NCBI GenBank assembly: GCA_043228905.1
Contig: JBHGNT010001181.1
Location: 1-11,202, forward strand
DNA: 11,202 nucleotides
Direction: 5' to 3'
Source: Azolla caroliniana
Taxonomy: Eukaryota; Plantae; Polypodiophyta
Shown here: positions 8,134 to 11,202 of the stretch, one piece after another
Numbering within the stretch: the first letter of the stretch is position 1
Layout of the letters: each line of letters begins with the position of its first letter
Notes under the pieces: model-generated
Database searches by the model: none
What the model was told of the DNA's origin: nothing
The model's input: only the letters and a program-made list of their open reading frames with translations
Translations under genes and position numbers: made by a program

Positions 8134-8679
8134 AAAACAAGGGTGAAACTAATATCACTATGCACAAGCTAGATGTCAAGGAAAACTTTTTCTTTACTAG
8201 TTTGCTCTACACTAGATGGCAAGGGTCAAATCCCTTGGGAGCTCTGTAGTCTGTAGAAGTGATGTTTCTTTTGTTCTAGAAAGTTTTATCAAAGTAGGCA
8301 TCTCCATTTCGGACTTTTAAAACAATAAGCTTTTATTATTGAGAAACTAATGCATTGTGTTTCATAAATTCCTTATTTTACTAGTTTTTGTGCCAAGACA
8401 GATGACGAAAGCCAAGTTTCATTATCTTGTGGTTTGTCTTACAAAGTTTAGAGATATCAAAGACAAACTTTGTTTATCGTTAAAGACAATTGTCAAGGAT
8501 TTTTTCATTAGCTACGTAGTTTTTTACCTCTAGTTAGCAAGGTTCAAATCCCATGGACTAATCTTTGCAAAGACATGTTTTTTTGAGAGAATGATAAAAT
8601 AATCCTAGCCTTTAAAAATACTAAAAGAATAGGTCCCATTTTCATTTTCAAACTAGATTGCTTATATGAAGAGCCATAT

Positions 8680-9122
8680 TGTTAGAGCTTAATCCTAATG
8701 TAAGCATAAGATAAGGAAATATAATATAGTTATATAGAGAAGACAAAGAAAGAAGGGTGTTGATCCACCCAACCACCCCTAGGCCCTAACTAAAGAGATC
8801 AAACGGACTCGAGCCTCGATCAGCGTCCCATACCACCACCGTGGTATTGAGTCGTACCTGGTACTGGGGCCCTTGCTACAAGGGTTGATCGCTACAAGAT
8901 CAGAGTCTCGACATAGTCAATAGTGTCTCAAATGAGGGTAGTTATGCCTCATATTTATAGCCAAACCTAAGGGCCCCATGCCTTAATGGGTTGTCTCAAT
9001 CCCTAGGATTAAAAGTAATATTCCCTTCTTTACACTCTCGGTTAACCCTCATAAGTTATCCTCATGTGTAGAATATTACGGTACAACTTACCACGTGACT
9101 TTATATGGTCATGCCCGTAACA
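8680..9122 (-). mobile_element. Solo LTR, 443 bp
   Basis: TGTTA...TAACA termini and a perfect 5-bp TSD CATAT at 8675-8679 and 9123-9127. TATA box CTATAAATA on the minus strand at 8960-8952, followed by the short inverted repeat ATGAGG...CCTCAT. No internal domain is present. Confidence 0.9.
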
Positions 9123-9127
9123 CATAT

Positions 9128-9480
9128 TGACACGCTCGACCCCAAGGTTCACAAATTTAAATGCATAGCTCAACGTTTAAGAAAAATTCCTTTAGTAATT
9201 AGGCAAGTTCTTGTTTGTACCCAAACAAGGAAACTTATAACGAAAGTTCCATTAAGACTAGGAGAGAAGATACATTTCTTGGAGGAATTGATAGAAGTGG
9301 GCCCGCTTTTTTTTACAAACATTGCCTTTTCTATTATGAGATTACATGTATGGCTAAGTTAACCAAAGTATTTTGGAAGTAGTTTCTAAACTATCTATGA
9401 TCCATCAAGGAGAGGAAAATCAAATCTCTTTACTGACATATTCAACATATGATATTGCTTTTCTTTGAGTGGAATTGCAC
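9128..9480 (-). pseudogene. Possible heavily decayed L1-type LINE ORF1 remnant, interrupted by the solo LTR
   Basis: With frameshifts it reads FYQFLQ...FSPS...KFP/VWVQ/KNLPNY*RNF...LGVERVN, resembling the PVWVxxxNLP motif of plant L1 ORF1. Many stops. Motif recall only. Confidence 0.35.
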
Positions 9481-9723
9481 ACACATACAAAGTCAAGGTT
9501 TCCCCAAAGGTGGCGTTAAATGTTTCCTTTACATGCACTAACAGAGAAACTCGCATTGCATGGACATATAATGTAGAGGGGATTTGCCCTTTTTTCAACT
9601 GTATAAAAGTATATCAATGTTGAAAAAATAATTATGGTTTTATTTATTAGGAAATTATATGGTTAAGTATCTATTTTCTCTTTTGTTACCTAATTAGCCA
9701 AGCCTTAATTTCTTGGCAAGACA

Positions 9724-10080
9724 ATGAGGAAACATTTTTTTAAGAAAAACAATAAAAATAGGCCTTTACATATAAAATATATTGAAGAAATGGGCTTCTT
9801 TTTACTATACAACTATAAGTCTAAACAAAACAGACAATTCCCCCAATGTTCAGGAAACATTTTTACATCGTTCGAACAAAAAGGAGTAGCTCCATGGAGG
9901 AGTGAGAAAAGTATATTCTTCGGTGAGAGGAGGCCTCCAAAGATTTATGTTCATGTTGAGGTAGGGTTGGGAGATTAAACTGCTTCGAGGATACACTAAA
10001 GAATTCCAATAGATAGAGATGAATACTAGCATTGTTAACAAGATATAAAGGTAATATCTATAAACTTTTTAATCCTCAAG
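9724..10080 (+). pseudogene. Possible decayed L1-type ORF1 remnant
   Basis: EKSIFFGERRPPKIYVHVEVG...RIPIDRDEY...YKGNIYKLF loosely resembles the RICVEVDL...I.I...Y..L segment of plant L1 ORF1. Weak. Confidence 0.25.
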
Positions 10081-10434
10081 TGCGAAAGAGATATAGTTCT
10101 AATTTAGTTAAATGAACAAAGAAATATATAAGTAAAACTATAAACATATAGCAAGGTTATAACTCCCTAGAGCAAAAACTAAATCCTCTCTCTCCCCTAA
10201 TTGTTAATTATGAGCCCAAACATCATAATACATATCATCTATAACTTGATATAAACTTGAGTGAGGCAGTTTCTTATTCATTCTTTTCTCGACTATATGA
10301 GAAGTTCGGGAAAATCTCTTGTTGTTTAAGAAACAAGTCTAATATTTTGTGCATGATTATTTGTTAAAGTGCATTTAGAGCTTGTTTTAGTATTTAGTTT
10401 AAAGCTTAGTATCTTAATCCTATCTCGCCAACAA

Positions 10435-10818
10435 AAGATTAGACGGTGATATGCCCCCCCAAAATGACCTTGAGGTGAGTCTCGAGAATAATACCCTAGA
10501 CAGATTCAAGCTTTTAGTAATGATACTAAAAGAAGTTACATGTTTTGGCATTGTTATCAGGGAATAAAACCGTAATTCAAAGATTGAATATTCAAACCTT
10601 AGTTTAAACTCATGGTTACATTTAGGTGAAGGAGGTGAGGAAGAATAGTTAACAATAGCTCCTAGCAGTTTGGCCCACAAAAGGGTAGATGGTGATATGT
10701 ATGGTGTACCCATAAAAAAGGCCCCACGATGATTCTCAAGAAGAATAGAGAAACGCAAGCCTTTAGTAAGGGTATTGAAAGACGTGACATATTTTGGCAT
10801 CGTTATCAAGGAATAGAA
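10435..10818. repeat. Diverged direct repeat, two copies of about 135 bp, core offset 249 bp
   Basis: Ungapped core 10507-10569 versus 10756-10818 is 52/63 identical by manual alignment. The upstream block TAGAyGGTGATATG is shared at about 10440 and 10686. Confidence 0.8.
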
Positions 10819-11202
10819 TAATGTATAGAACCATCATTCACATCTTTACTATTTCAACCTTACATCTTTGGTTTTTTTGTTTTCGATTTCCCATCATGGT
10901 TTATATAGGCGAATCATGATTACTATATTTTATTGTTTATTTTGACTCTTTTCAATTAAGCACAAGTTTTGATTGACCGTTTTCATAATCTAAACACTTA
11001 ACTATAATTCTCACCACAACTTCGATTAGTATTAATCTATAGTTGAGGATATTAACTTGTATCTCATTAACTATGGATCCTTTAAGAATCACTTACCCTT
11101 TGGGTTTTGAGTCAATATGTTTGTTTGCTTGGATGTGCATGTTGCATTTTATGAGTTTTGACACTTGTGTCTATTGGTTTGATAAATTGAATTATGGGTG
11201 GT

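Overview
AT-rich plant genomic DNA, probably a fern or similar non-seed plant. This is inferred from the style of the PLS-PPR motifs and an RTE-X-like LINE, and is not proven. One intact gene is present: a 3-coding-exon CASP-like protein of the CASPL5A group on the minus strand (6001-5796, 2533-2401, 2321-2130; 176 aa; GT-AG introns). Its 3.26-kb first intron holds a 5'-truncated, antisense non-LTR retrotransposon (2736-4504) inserted in a (CT)n/(CA)n microsatellite, with a 3' hairpin and a (TC)n tail. This LINE carries two exact templated patches (20 bp and 65 bp), each copied from 227-264 bp downstream within itself. Upstream of the gene lie a 642-bp hAT MITE with an 8-bp TSD, a PPR fragment bracketed by a perfect 24-bp direct repeat (retrocopy-like), a 443-bp solo LTR with a 5-bp TSD, possible decayed L1 ORF1 remnants and old diverged direct repeats. 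A second PPR fragment lies at the left end. I see no convincing new multi-gene system. The most interesting signals are the insertion and template-switching footprints.
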